The position numbers and the translations under genes are program-made. The notes under the pieces are model-generated. The model made no database searches, was not told the DNA's origin, and saw nothing but the letters and a program-made list of their open reading frames with translations. DNA of 64,000 nt from Girardia tigrina (taxonomy: Eukaryota), in NCBI GenBank assembly GCA_001938485.1, contig MQRK01237436.1, forward strand, positions 11,485 to 75,484, read 5' to 3'. This document shows, one piece after another, positions 1-11,532 of the stretch. Numbering within the stretch: the stretch's first letter is position 1; each line of letters opens with the position of its first letter.

Positions 1-46
<46 letters not shown>
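1..46. repeat. (TA)n microsatellite; others at about 22888-22924, 27285-27311, 29869-29898, 32168-32198, 35116-35221, 50435-50582, 52127-52159, 54994-55030 and 55483-55578
   Basis: Directly visible dinucleotide runs; several flank N gaps. Confidence 0.95.
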
Positions 47-51
<5 letters not shown>

Positions 52-1369
52 TATTTTATAGTCACCCGTCTGAATATGACCGCATTATGAAAGGTTCTTC
101 AGACGGTACTTATACTAAGCTATACAATTAATATATATATAATAAATATATTATCTTTATAAATATATAAGTTATACTTTTGGAATTTTTTTCTATAGTC
201 TACGTTTACCTCTACAATACCCTTTCATGTAAATATTTATTTATCTACCATCGAAATATATTTAGCGTTAGTGAAAGAACTACATATTTCTTTCGATCTA
301 GAAATTATCTCTATAATTAATTTTATTTCTTTATTTAATAAATATAATTATATATGTTTTTAAGCTAAATAGAGGAAAATTAATACATTGAAATAATATT
401 AAAAACTAATTGCAACTATTGTTGTTTTTGCATTTATAATTGTCATATTTTATCCATTTACACAATCACAATTAAAATGATTAATTTACAAATTTTTTTA
501 TTAACGATAATTAAATGCTTTTATTTAAATGTTACAAATGATTACCCTTACACTCATCCTAATAAAAACCAAATTAAAAGAAATTTAAGAATCTTGGGTG
601 TTTTTATTTTCATTTATAAACATTTTATCTATAAAAATAATTATTGTTAAAGTATTTGTGCATACAAATTTTACATATAATACGTTTTACAATTACGGCA
701 TCGTGGGTTGATAATAAAATCAAATTATCAGTCATTTTATACTATAAATAAATTTATAAATACTTTTTTTAATTCTTTTATATATAAATCAAATATGAAA
801 TTTGAACATGGTTTTAAAAGCCATATTTTTAATGCCTCAATAGTAATGTTTACCTATAGATCCCATCTTATTTACTCTCATCACTTACCTTTTATCCAAT
901 TTCAATTAGAGTAATTTCTACTACAGTTCTTCTAAAACATTTAGCATCTCAATACCACTTCTATAATATCCGTACCACAATTTATCAATACGTTAAAATA
1001 AATGCATATTGTTCTTTATTTATAAAAAATTTAAAAATAATAAAAATATATGGTTCCGATTCTTAGAGTGAAGATTCTGGGGCTGATCGGTATTACTGGT
1101 GTGAAGCATAGTGAGCTCGCCCGAAATGTGACAAAGCATTAAGTGATGTAATTTTGCGAAGCCGTACCGCAGATATTGTAAAGATATTTCAAAGGACTAA
1201 TTTTCTATTCCTCAGAAGAAGTTTGATTCATATTATGATATGTTGTATTGTTATTCAATGGTTACTAATCATGAAGTTGCATAATGCGTGATAATTATCA
1301 ATTATATATTATAATTTATCAATGAAAATTTGTAATTTATAATAAAAAAATAATAAAAAATTTTAAATC

Positions 1370-2320
1370 CAACAGATATTTTTTTCGTAAATACATTATT
1401 ATTGTTATGTGTGATTAAAAATTTCAAAATATTTTCAAAGTTTAATAGCAGATTTATAGATGATATGTTTTTTACCTTTGAAAAGCTTCTTTTAATTGAT
1501 CCTGAAGAAGAATGATATTTCTGGAAATAACATATTGGCTTAGAGATATGTAATGTTTAGTTTAACTCCTGATATTGTAAATATCCTTTCATAAACTGTT
1601 CGTTTGTCGTTAGTGTATAAATTACATAAATCTTCTAGAAACTGTAAATAATTCTTATTTTAATATGAAATTGAAATAAAATATGTATTTCTTTCTGAAT
1701 TCTCGACCAATATTATTAGATTTTCCTAATCCTTCTTGATCTGAAGTGAATCACAACTTAATGAATCTTTTGCTTTTGTTAAAATCAAATCATCCGCTTT
1801 AAATTCTCTTGCGATTAATCTTATTTTAAGCAAATTATTAACATAATAGATCTCGTAATCATTTATGATGTTGTAAGTAAATATCACAAAAAAGTAACTT
1901 TCTTCTTTCTTCTTTTTCATCGCAGCTGGTTTTAAACGATAAATTAAATTAGTAAAAGAATCGAATTTAGATTGAATTCTTTCAGTACGATTGTGAAATA
2001 AATACGACATACATGTAACAAGAATGTTTTCCATGGCTATCATATATGAAACAGCATCAGAAAAAAATAAACATTTTCTTTATTGTTTGAAAGTTTCTTA
2101 AAAGATCATTACCAAGCTGGATACAAGCATATTAAAATGGCATCATAAATATGACAATCTGGCAAATATGAATTCAGTGTTCTGTAATCATTCCTACTGC
2201 GGTATTAAGTACTTGTTTTTCTGATATTTCAGATTCATCTGTTATTAGAAAGATATTTTTTAATTTCTTCTCCTATACTTTGTTTAATGGATTGTAATGC
2301 TGACTCAGATGATTATGGTT
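1370..2320 (-). pseudogene. Degenerate hAT-type (CGGBP1-like) DDE transposase remnant
   Basis: Frameshifted translation gives IFLITDESE...VLNTAVG...FSDAVSYMIAM..ILVTCMSYLFHNRTERIQSKF. This follows the IxxDETTD / SDAAPYM / HVTCLAHxLHRxAE pattern of CGGBP-like hAT transposases. No TIRs recognised. Confidence 0.6.
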
Positions 2321-2963
2321 ACCTAAATACTCAAAAAGGGATTTTAAAACAGGATTATTTACTTTATATTCAATTGAGTATGTTCAGTTATTTTAAATCA
2401 AAATTTAAATTGATAAATTAGATTTATGGATTCATTTAAAAATATTTGAACACGTTAGAAAATATGGGTTACAAATTTATATTTAATATATTTAATGTTA
2501 GTTAATTTGTTTGTTGGTTGGTCGGTCACGCTATGATCAAAATGCAAAATGGAGGAGGAACCAAGAAAATCCACTTAAGGACGTAATAAATCTGAATAAG
2601 CTACATCAAGACGCTTCTGTCGGTGCCGTGCAATCACCGAAAGACGACAAAATCGACCGAAAACCATGCAGGTACACCAACTGTTAAATCAAGTCCGATT
2701 TCGAATAATGTCGATTTGGATGACAAGGAATTTCATGAGAATTTTTAATGAAAATACTAATAAAATGTTAATTCAATTGAAAAATGACGATTTCTATCAC
2801 TAATTTACTAATTATAATGCTAAAAATCAATTTAGTATAAATTTGCAAATTTTCTTTATTAATAATAATAATATTTCATTTTTAAAGTATTAGAGTTGGG
2901 GTTAGGGTTCGAATGAGTAGTCAGTGATAGGATTTAGGTTAGGGTTTAAGTTAATTTTTTAAC

Positions 2964-3177
2964 TGTTAGAACACAAGAATAATTTATGAAGATTCATTTA
3001 TATCAAAATTCAAAATTGTATACAACACTCAATTATTAAAACAACACACTATAAATTAATTTAATATTTAATTAAATTAATTTCGAAAGACTTCAGAAAA
3101 TTCTAGAACCGATAGTTAATATTGATTTTAATAGATTATAGTATTAAGATAAATTATAATAAAGATAATTCCTCACA
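2964..3177 (-). repeat. 3' LTR of the Gypsy element
   Basis: Near-identical to 7353-7566 (about 7 substitutions counted by eye). Minus-strand PPT GAGGGGGGA at 3178-3186 abuts it. Confidence 0.97.
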
Positions 3178-3243
3178 TCCCCCCTCGTTTGAAAAGTTTT
3201 AACCATTCCACATTTCTTCTAATTCTTCTACCGTCTTCACTTT

Positions 3244-6200
3244 TCAGTTCGTAACTACGATTATGGACCTTATTAATAGTTTTAAACGGTCCTTCATATC
3301 GGTATGCTTGTTTGGATATGTTTGTTGCTTTACTAGAACTTCATCATCAACTTCACAGTTTCGGTTGCCTCTATGAGTGGTGCTATAAGTGACTTTATCT
3401 TGATTTATACGTGCTTTCTCAATGAGATCTTTTTTTTCTTGTTTATTACTTGCGTTACACCACTGCCGATTTATTTTGAATCCAAAAATTATTTCAGCTG
3501 GGATTATCTGTATTGCTTTATGAGTTGTGGCATTCAAACTAAACTCAATTTCCGGTAGTAAATCAACCCAATTTTTTGTCGTTCTTTAACTAATGTTGCA
3601 TTCATAAAGTCCCTTATGGTTCGGAATTGTCTTTCCACCATTCCGTTAGTGTTATGGTGGTAAGGACTTGAAAACTGTAATTTTATATTATACTTCTATG
3701 CCATTAATTTCATCAAGTTAGATTCAAAACTTTTATCACAATCGACGTGGATTATTCTTGGTGCACCAAATTTCAGTATCCAGTTGTTTACTGTTTCTTT
3801 TACTGTAGTTTCTTCGTCTTGTTTTATCACTGCATTGAGACTGATATATCGGCTAAATTGGTCTATGATTGCCAAGACATATCGTTTTCCGTATTTATTT
3901 GGTTTCATAGGGCCACAAAAGTCTACATATATCTCTTCAAAAGGATTCATACCTTGTTGTACCATGATCGTTTTTTTTGTTCTATCTGTAAATACCTTTT
4001 GTTTTTGACAAGGTTCGCAGGTACATATGACGTATCTTATATTCTCAGATAACCCATCCATATCATATTTATCTTTTATATAATCTGTAACCTTTTGTAT
4101 CCCTGCATGACATAATATGTTATGTATCTCTGTGATAAGTTCGATAGTTTTAGATTTTGGTATCCATATCTTTTTATCTTTTGTCACCACCACGTTGTCC
4201 TGTAAGTGAAACTGGTCTTGCTTACTTGATTTGATTTGTTTTTTTATACTATCTATTTCTCCATTATTATTCTGCCACCTCTGTCCATCTATCTCTAACT
4301 CTAGTGCTAATATTTTGGTCTTCATTTTTCCAGTTTTGGCATCAGGATGTTGTAGTTGGCAGTGATTACATGTTCCACATTTGTTCCGGGATAGACCATC
4401 TGCATTAGAATGAAGTTCTCCCTTGCGATATTCCAATTTCATATCCAGGCTACTTAAAAAATTTAACCAAGTCTGAAATTAGGATGTAATTGGTTTTTTT
4501 GTCATTAACATATACGTTATGGCCTTATGATCAGTGCGTAGTGTAAACTGTTTTCCATATAAGTAGTGTTTGAAATGTTGCGTAAATTAAAGTATTAATT
4601 TGCTTATAGTTCTTTTCTAGTGATACAATACCTTATCTCATGTTTATTCATGGCATGGGATCCGTATGCTATAACCTTTTCATTTCCATTATCATTCAAC
4701 TGGGAAAGGACTGCTCCAATGGCATTAAAACTCGCGTCTGTGTCCAAAATGAATGGTTTTGTAAAATCTGGGTATGTCAGTATCGGTGACTTACACAGTA
4801 ATTCTTTTAACTGATTGAAAGATTTTTCGTACTCATCGTTCCAGTATAACTTATTCTTATTGCTACCACACAGTGTTTTTAGATTTCGAGATATTTTCGA
4901 ATAATCCTTAATAAATTTCCGATAGTAATTGCATAGTCCTAAGAAACTTCTAAGTTTTTTTATACGATTTGGTCTTTCGAAGTTTTTTATGACCTCGACT
5001 TTCTCTGGGTCTGTCATCACTCCTTTTTCATTGATGATATGTCCTAAAAATTTAATTTCTTTTTGTATTAGTTTGAATTTTTCTGGTTTAACTTTTAGTC
5101 CAGCAGCTCTAATCTTTCCAAATATTTTATTTAACCTAGTTACGTGATCTGTCATTTTTTTTGAGAAAATCAGTATATCATCCAGGTAGACTAGGGCCTC
5201 CTTCCAATTCATATCTCCAACCACTACATTCATAAGTCTTTGGAACATTGCAGGGGCTGCTACTATTCCAATCGACATGCGATTAAAACAGTATTGACAT
5301 TTCTAGTTGAGAACGCAGTTTTTATCTTTGAACTTTCTTCCAATTGCACCTGGTAATACGCGTTCCCTAAATCTATCGTGCTAAAGTATTTTGAACCATT
5401 CAATGTGTCAATCATCTCTTCAATATTGGGCATGGGGTATGCTGGCCGTTCGGTAATTTTATTTAATTGTCTGAAATCTAGACACAATCTTATTTCCTCT
5501 TTTTCCTTCTTCCATACGCATACCATGGGTGTGTTCTATGGTGAACTACATTTTTTTATGATATTATTGTCTTCAAGGTTTTTTATGAAATCATCTATCT
5601 TCTTTTCCAGATTGGCCGGCTGTTTACATGGTTTCATTAATATAGGTTCCCCAAACGTTTTTATATTATGTTTTAACAAATTTGTGCACCCTATATCCCA
5701 TTTATTCGCCATAAATATCTCTTTATTTTGCTTTATTATTTCATATAGGGGTGATTTAATATCTATCTTCATTATTTCTATAGCATTTTTACATCTGTCA
5801 TTATTCGAATAAGTTTTTCCGAAGTTTGTACCTAGACTACATATTTCCTTACTATTACATAAATCAAAATTATTATTTTCATCAGATCGAGTATCCTTAT
5901 CTCTAGTCAGAAAAATTTTAAATGCGTTCATAAAATCCATACCACATATTATTTTAGTAAACAACTTTTCCGCAATATAAAACTTTACCCGCTTTTTTGT
6001 TCCCTCTATTTCTAAATCTAAAGATGTCAATCCCATAACTTTCAGTGGACTATCATTTGCACATACGATATTGTTAAAATCATTATATTCTATTTAAATA
6101 TTTAAGCTCGTTATTATACTTCTATCAATGACATTGATTCTGGGCCCTGTATCTAACAAACAATTGAAATATTTATCATTAATTTTCACAACTATACTTG

Positions 6201-6384
6201 GCCTACCATTCATTTTATCAAAAACTATCTTAAACTTGAGAGAGCGTGAGAAATGTTTCATATTATTATTTACATTTACAACTGATATAGTAGATATATT
6301 AAAATATTTAAAAGAATCATTTATACAATTACAATTCTTTTCATTACAAATAAAAGGTTCTAGAACTTTCTTACCTCTTAGCAT
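3244..6384 (-). pseudogene. pol: Gypsy pol (protease, RT, RNase H, integrase) broken by stops and frameshifts
   Basis: Protease LLDTG (6094-6384); RT RLCLDFRQLN and YLDD (4604-5526); RNase H LDTDAS; integrase HHCC (HNILCHAG...CEPC) and D,D core residues (3696-4442). Confidence 0.95.
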
Positions 6385-6435
6385 ATAGCTCCCATCACCT
6401 CTCGTCTTGACGGAGCATGCTCGTTTGGGGATTGT

Positions 6436-7353
6436 TCATATTCTGATGTCTCCACGGTTTTCACATCGTCTTCCATTTCGTTGAACTCCATCGCTGTTAC
6501 CGCTGAACCTTCTGTCGCGTTCACGGGGTTGTATTTGTCTTTTCTGAAAACATTGATAACTAAAATGTCCCCGTTTCTTACAACCGGAGCAAGTGATATT
6601 TGGGCATTCCTGTCTGAGGTTGCCATGTTCTTTACACGCATAACATTTCACTTGTCGATTGGGGCAATTTCTCATAATATGACCTTCTCTTTGGCACGAC
6701 CAGCAGATTAGGTTTTTTTGATATACTCCCTTTCCTGGAATTCGTCTCTGCATGCTGTTCCATCGTTCGTTCCTCACTGACGCTGGAAAATCTTGCTTCT
6801 GTTTAACAATTGTCGCATATGTGTGTCTTCTCTGAATCGTTGAAATGTCTTGGGCTTCTTCCTTCTCGATAATATCCATTTTATTGATAATATCTTTAAT
6901 TTGATCGACTTCCACTGCGTTTCTGAGAGCTAATTCCCTTTTAATAGCATTTTTTTGTACAATGTACCAAAAGTATGAATTAAGTTCTGTTTCATTCCAC
7001 TTGTGCTTCATCAACTTCTTAACCATTAATTCAATTTTATCAAAATATACCTTTGCACAATCCGATCCTTTTTCATAATTGTATAAGGATATAAAATCTT
7101 GTATTAGAGATGACGGTCTTGTGAACGCTTTTCTTAATCTTTCTTCAAATTCTGTTATCTTCGGGTCCACTGATTCGTATATTGCGATTAAATCTTTGGT
7201 GATGAATGCTTTGACCAAAATTCCTTGCAGGTGTTGGTCCGTGCCTGATACTTTAAAAAATCTCTTGCATTCTTTAATAAAATCTTCTAAATCTGAATCC
7301 GCTGCATACGTTGCTGGAACCAAATTTTGTAAATAATTAGGCGTGGTCGTCAT
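6436..7353 (-). CDS. gag: Gypsy Gag with three CCHC-type zinc knuckles
   Basis: Long open frame containing CWSCQREGHIMRNC, CYACKEHGNLRQEC (H replaced by N) and CSGCKKRGHFSYQC. The first ATG is at 7353-7351. Confidence 0.88.
   Translation of the reverse strand: MTTTPNYLQNLVPATYAADSDLEDFIKECKRFFKVSGTDQHLQGILVKAFITKDLIAIYESVDPKITEFEERLRKAFTRPSSLIQDFISLYNYEKGSDCAKVYFDKIELMVKKLMKHKWNETELNSYFWYIVQKNAIKRELALRNAVEVDQIKDIINKMDIIEKEEAQDISTIQRRHTYATIVKQKQDFPASVRNERWNSMQRRIPGKGVYQKNLICWSCQREGHIMRNCPNRQVKCYACKEHGNLRQECPNITCSGCKKRGHFSYQCFQKRQIQPRERDRRFSGNSDGVQRNGRRCENRGDIRI
7342..7352 (-). promoter_or_regulatory. Primer-binding site, tRNA-Arg-like with one mismatch
   Basis: TGACGACCACG directly follows the 5' LTR. 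TGGCGACCACG is complementary to the 3' end of typical animal tRNA-Arg(TCG). Confidence 0.65.
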
Positions 7354-7566
7354 GTTAGAACACAAGAATAATTTATGAAGATTTATTTATATCAAAATTC
7401 AAAATTGTGTACAACACTCAATTATTAAAAAAACACACTATAAATTAATTTAATATTTAATTAAATTAATTTTGAGAGACTTCTGAAAATTCTAGAACCG
7501 ATAGTTAATATTGATTTTAATAGATTATAGTATTAAGATAAATTATAATAAAGACAATTCCTCACA
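7353..7566 (-). repeat. 5' LTR of the Gypsy element
   Basis: Direct repeat of 2964-3177 with TG...CA ends. Confidence 0.97.
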
Positions 7567-8022
7567 TTAACAATTAACGCTCAATCATTATCTTTTAAAA
7601 ACACTAATTAGTTAAAATGTTTGAAAAATTTTAAATGTTCACTACTATAAAATTTGACGGCAAAGAAAATGGATAAAGAGTTACTCAAAGAACGTTGGAA
7701 AAGAGTTAATAAAGACAACTTTGATATAGAGAGTGTTCGAAAGAATTAGGATTCAACGAACTGAAGAGATTCAACAACTAAAAAAGAAAAAAAACAAGAG
7801 AAGAAGAAATTTCATCTATAAAATGGAACTCCAAAGTGCTTAATTTTAATAATATAAGGTTTTCTAAAATTATTTTTTTCTGTTATTTTCGTTCACAATC
7901 CGTTCTGATGTGCAAAAAATTACTAAATATTATTTATTCTAGAATATTAAAATTTAAATATTTTCAAATTTTAAAAAAATTATGACTAAAAGAGAAACAT
8001 TCAAACATGAAGATTTAGCTTT

Positions 8023-8052
8023 CCCGTCTCACATGACGACTTTGTTTTCTAG
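8023..8052 (+). mobile_element. Possible Helitron 3' terminus
   Basis: Short hairpin CGTC-tcacat-GACG about 10 nt before CTAG|T; no 5' end identified. Confidence 0.3.
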
Positions 8053-9095
8053 TAATTAATATATTCTTTTTTTCATTTGAATTTAGATTAATAGATTCGA
8101 CTTTATTATTCATCAAATTTTGTTAATAAATTTTATTTAAAAAATTTTTTTCTAACTTGTTCTTAATACCTTCAGTTACCGAATCTGTACAACATTATGT
8201 AAATGATAACTTTCAAAGTCTATGTATTATATTACAAAATACTTTTAAATACAAAATTAATTTAAAAACTTCAATGATAAGATGTATGCAATTTTCTGTA
8301 ATTCTTATATAAAAATATGTAAATATATTTTTATAGTCTGAGCTATAATTGCTAATAAAAAAGAAGAAGGATAAACAATAATTTTTAAAAAGCATTGCAA
8401 AAAATTAAATTGTAATTTGAACGTTTTTTGAATATTTTTATTCCGTTTAATAAATAAAATATCAGTAATTTTAAAACATTTTTTTCATTTTTGAAACAAA
8501 TTAATTACGTATATGTTTGTTAATTTAAAATATTAAATAAAATAAATAAAATATTTTCTAACATTATCAAAAATCAAATAATTTACATACACAATAATTA
8601 TATAATATAATGTATAATTGATATTTATTTAAAAATAAATCAAATATAATTATTTAATTAAAATTCTTAATAAGGAATTTTTAAAAATAATTATAAATAT
8701 AAAATATCTTAATGACTAATGCTATTAAATTTTTTTATTGTTTACAAAATATTATGAGGGATTTCACGGATTTTCAGACATAATCAAAAGAATTATGTTG
8801 ATTTATTTATTAATACGTTTGTTTATATATTTGTAACAACATAAGTCACATACATATGATAACATATACTAAATATAAATATAGCTATCTATGTACGTCT
8901 CTATTTTTACTTTAACCAAATAATTCACAAACGGAATCCAATAAATCAAAAAAAAGATAGTTGAACCTAAGACAGTTTTTTGGATGTTTAAAATCAACAT
9001 TGTTTCATCATCTTCTGAATCAACTACAAGATTTCATGGTAAGTTAAAACTACATATATACATCTGCAGAAATGGAGAAAGTATCGAAGAATATA

Positions 9096-10382
9096 TTGGG
9101 TGTACAACTAATTAATTTCGTATTTTTTGTTAAAAAAACCATTCATTTAAGTATAAAAGTGAAAAATATTTTATTCAAAATATTGTCCATCGGAAGCGGC
9201 AACTTTTTCCCATCTGTCAGGCAATTTATGGATTCCATCCCAAAAAAACTTCAAATCTTTTGCGCCGAAAAAGTCATCAAGCCATTTTTTAATACCTTCA
9301 ACATTGGTGAACCGCATTCCTGAAAGGTGATTCTGCATCGACCGAAACAAGTGCTAATCAGAAGGAGCTATATCTGGGCTATAAGGCGGGTGAGGTAGAA
9401 TTTCCCATCCAGCATTTTCCAAATAATTTTTGACCGGTACTGCAACATGTGGCCGAGCATTGTCATGATGGAAAATCAATTTCTCGTGTCTGGTCGCCCA
9501 TTCTGGCTGTTTTTCGGCTATTGCTTGCTTCAAACGTATCAATTGTTGCCTGTATAGCTCTCCCGTGATCGTCTGGCCCGATTTTAACAGCTCATAGTCC
9601 AGCACACCATTCTGATCCCACCAAATACAGAGCATTACCTTCAAACCATGAATAATCGGCTTTGGTGTCGATTTGGCTGGTTGGCCTGGCTTCACATATG
9701 ATCTTTTACGCTTTGGGTTGTCGTAATGAATCCACTTTTCATCGCTAGTGACAATACGATGTAAAAACGGTTTCTTTTTGTGTCGATTAAGCAGCATTTC
9801 AGACATGCAAAATCGTCTCTCAACGTCTCTCGGCTTCAATTCGTGTGGCACCCAATTGTTTCTGAATGTATTCGGCTGCTTTTAAACGTTTAGAAATGGC
9901 TTGTTGAGTGACTTCCAATGTTTTTCCAAGTTCTTCTTGAGTTTGACATGGATCTTGATCGAGTAATGCCTCCANNNNNNNNNNNNNNNNNNNNNNNNNN
10001 NNNNNNNNNNNNNNNNNNNNNNNNNNNNNNNNNNNNNNNNNNNNNNNNNNNNNNNNNNNNNNNNNNNNNNNNNNNNNNNNNNNNNNNNNNNNNNNNNNNN
10101 NNNNNNNNNNNNNNNNNNNNNNNNNNNNNNNNNNNNNNNNNNNNNNNNNNNNNAGCAAACCTCCTCGCAAATGCTGTTTTGTTGGAACGTAATTTGACAT
10201 TTTGACTGTAATAAAAAAATTTGTGTGTTTACTAAAATTCAATAAAATTGACTATTGACTACATAAATAGATGTGAGGTTAGTAACAAATTCGAAATGAA
10301 GTAACAAATATGAAATGAGGTAACAAATACGAATATAAGGTTATTTCGTAACAAATACGAAATTAATTAGTTGTACACCTAA
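9096..10382 (-). mobile_element. Mariner DNA transposon (mauritiana/Mos1-like), frameshifted
   Basis: About 30-bp TIRs TT(G/A)GGTGTACAACTAATTAATTTCGTATTT with TA TSD. Motifs PHEL, DEKWIHYDNP, HDNARPH and HPPYSPDIAPSD; C-terminus ...DGQYFE*. Contains an N gap. Confidence 0.95.
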
Positions 10383-10399
10383 TAAAACATCCAATCTAC

Positions 10400-10515
10400 A
10401 AACTTTGTTTATACATCCATCCACTTTTTTACCTTTCCTCAATTCTCCATGATCTTGAAAAGGATTAGAGTTGATGATAATTCTCTCCAATATATGTTGC
10501 AATACATACTTTACA
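10400..10515 (-). mobile_element. Degenerate Penelope-like GIY-YIG fragment, apparently interrupted by the mariner
   Basis: Minus-strand CKVCIATYIGE at 10483-10515 matches the CxxCxATYIGET motif in the other PLE copies. Confidence 0.4.
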
Positions 10516-11532
10516 AAATAAAAATTGATATATATATAAATATTTTTGATATAATTGATACCTATATAAATATATAAAAAATAATTAAATTTTTTAAACG
10601 AAATTAATTTTAAAATGTTATTTAAAATTTTTTAAAAGTATATTCACAAAAAGTTATTTTATGAAATTTGTTTGAAATGAAAACAAACTTAAATTTTTTT
10701 TAGGATTTACAGATAGTTACTTGCAACTTTATAAAAATTTAAAAATAAAGGATTTGATCTTGAATTTTATTTCCTTTTTTTGGAATTAAAATAAGATATT
10801 TACTTTTTTGACAAGAAAGAAAGTTTTATTAATTCACTTTTTTGCACTTTAAATTCAATTTTATTTTCATTCAAAAATTTATTAAGAAAATTTTTTAATT
10901 GTTGTTTAATCTCATTTAGATTGAATGTTTCAAAAACATTTCCTTTGCCCTACTTTATCTTTTTTCACAACCTTTTTAAGACCAAATTCTTTGGTAAATT
11001 TCTAAACATTTTAAAATAGTTAATTGAGAGGCACAAATCAATGTTTTAATGATATTTCTTTACCAGATTTTTTCAATTAATGAGCTGAAAGTTTTACTGA
11101 GTTTAAAAAACTGAAGTGTTTCCAAATACTCTAATAACTAAGTTTAATGTTATTGTATAAATAAGCTACTATATGATTACGGCTTTTAAGTTCACTCTAA
11201 ATCATGAAAATACCTTTGATATATCCAAAGTGAGTTTTAATATTTTATTTACAAATCTATATTCTATTTTTTTCATGATTTCAGTATAAAATATGAAGAT
11301 GTTGCAGCCTAAATATTAAAAAACTTTATGAATCTGATTAATAAATATGATTAAAGCGTTAATCTATGCCCCTTAAATAATTATTTTTAAAATGTTTTGA
11401 AGAAAGATAAAGAAAGGCGAAGCAAGTTTTATGAAAACATACTGTATTGTAAAACTTAAGGTTTTTTTGAATTATTTGTTTAGTAATTCAAAGTTGATGA
11501 GTAATGGTAGTTTAATTTTTCTGAATTTATGT

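Larger units (their letters stand above)
2964..7566 (-). mobile_element. Full-length, decayed Ty3/Gypsy LTR retrotransposon (4603 bp)
   Basis: Two 214-bp TG...CA LTRs, 5-bp TSD TTAAC (2959-2963 and 7567-7571), PPT, PBS-like site, and gag followed by PR-RT-RH-IN. Confidence 0.97.

Noticed and set aside
66-106. 9-bp inverted repeat CCGTCTGAA/TTCAGACGG; a similar isolated hairpin at 58430-58454
   Set aside because: They are isolated, lack context and could arise by chance or from TE debris.
1066-1145. EDSGADRYYWCEA resembling an Ig-domain strand
   Set aside because: It is too short, has wrong spacing and frameshifts, and has no partner exons.
3747-7336. Plus-strand ORFs over the Gypsy element
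   Set aside because: They are antisense shadows of gag/pol with no independent motifs.
8992-9021. Minus-strand CAGAAGA TGAT GAAA CAATG TT as a fifth hammerhead
   Set aside because: The core is mutated and stem II is absent; at most a dead relic of the PLE split by the mariner.
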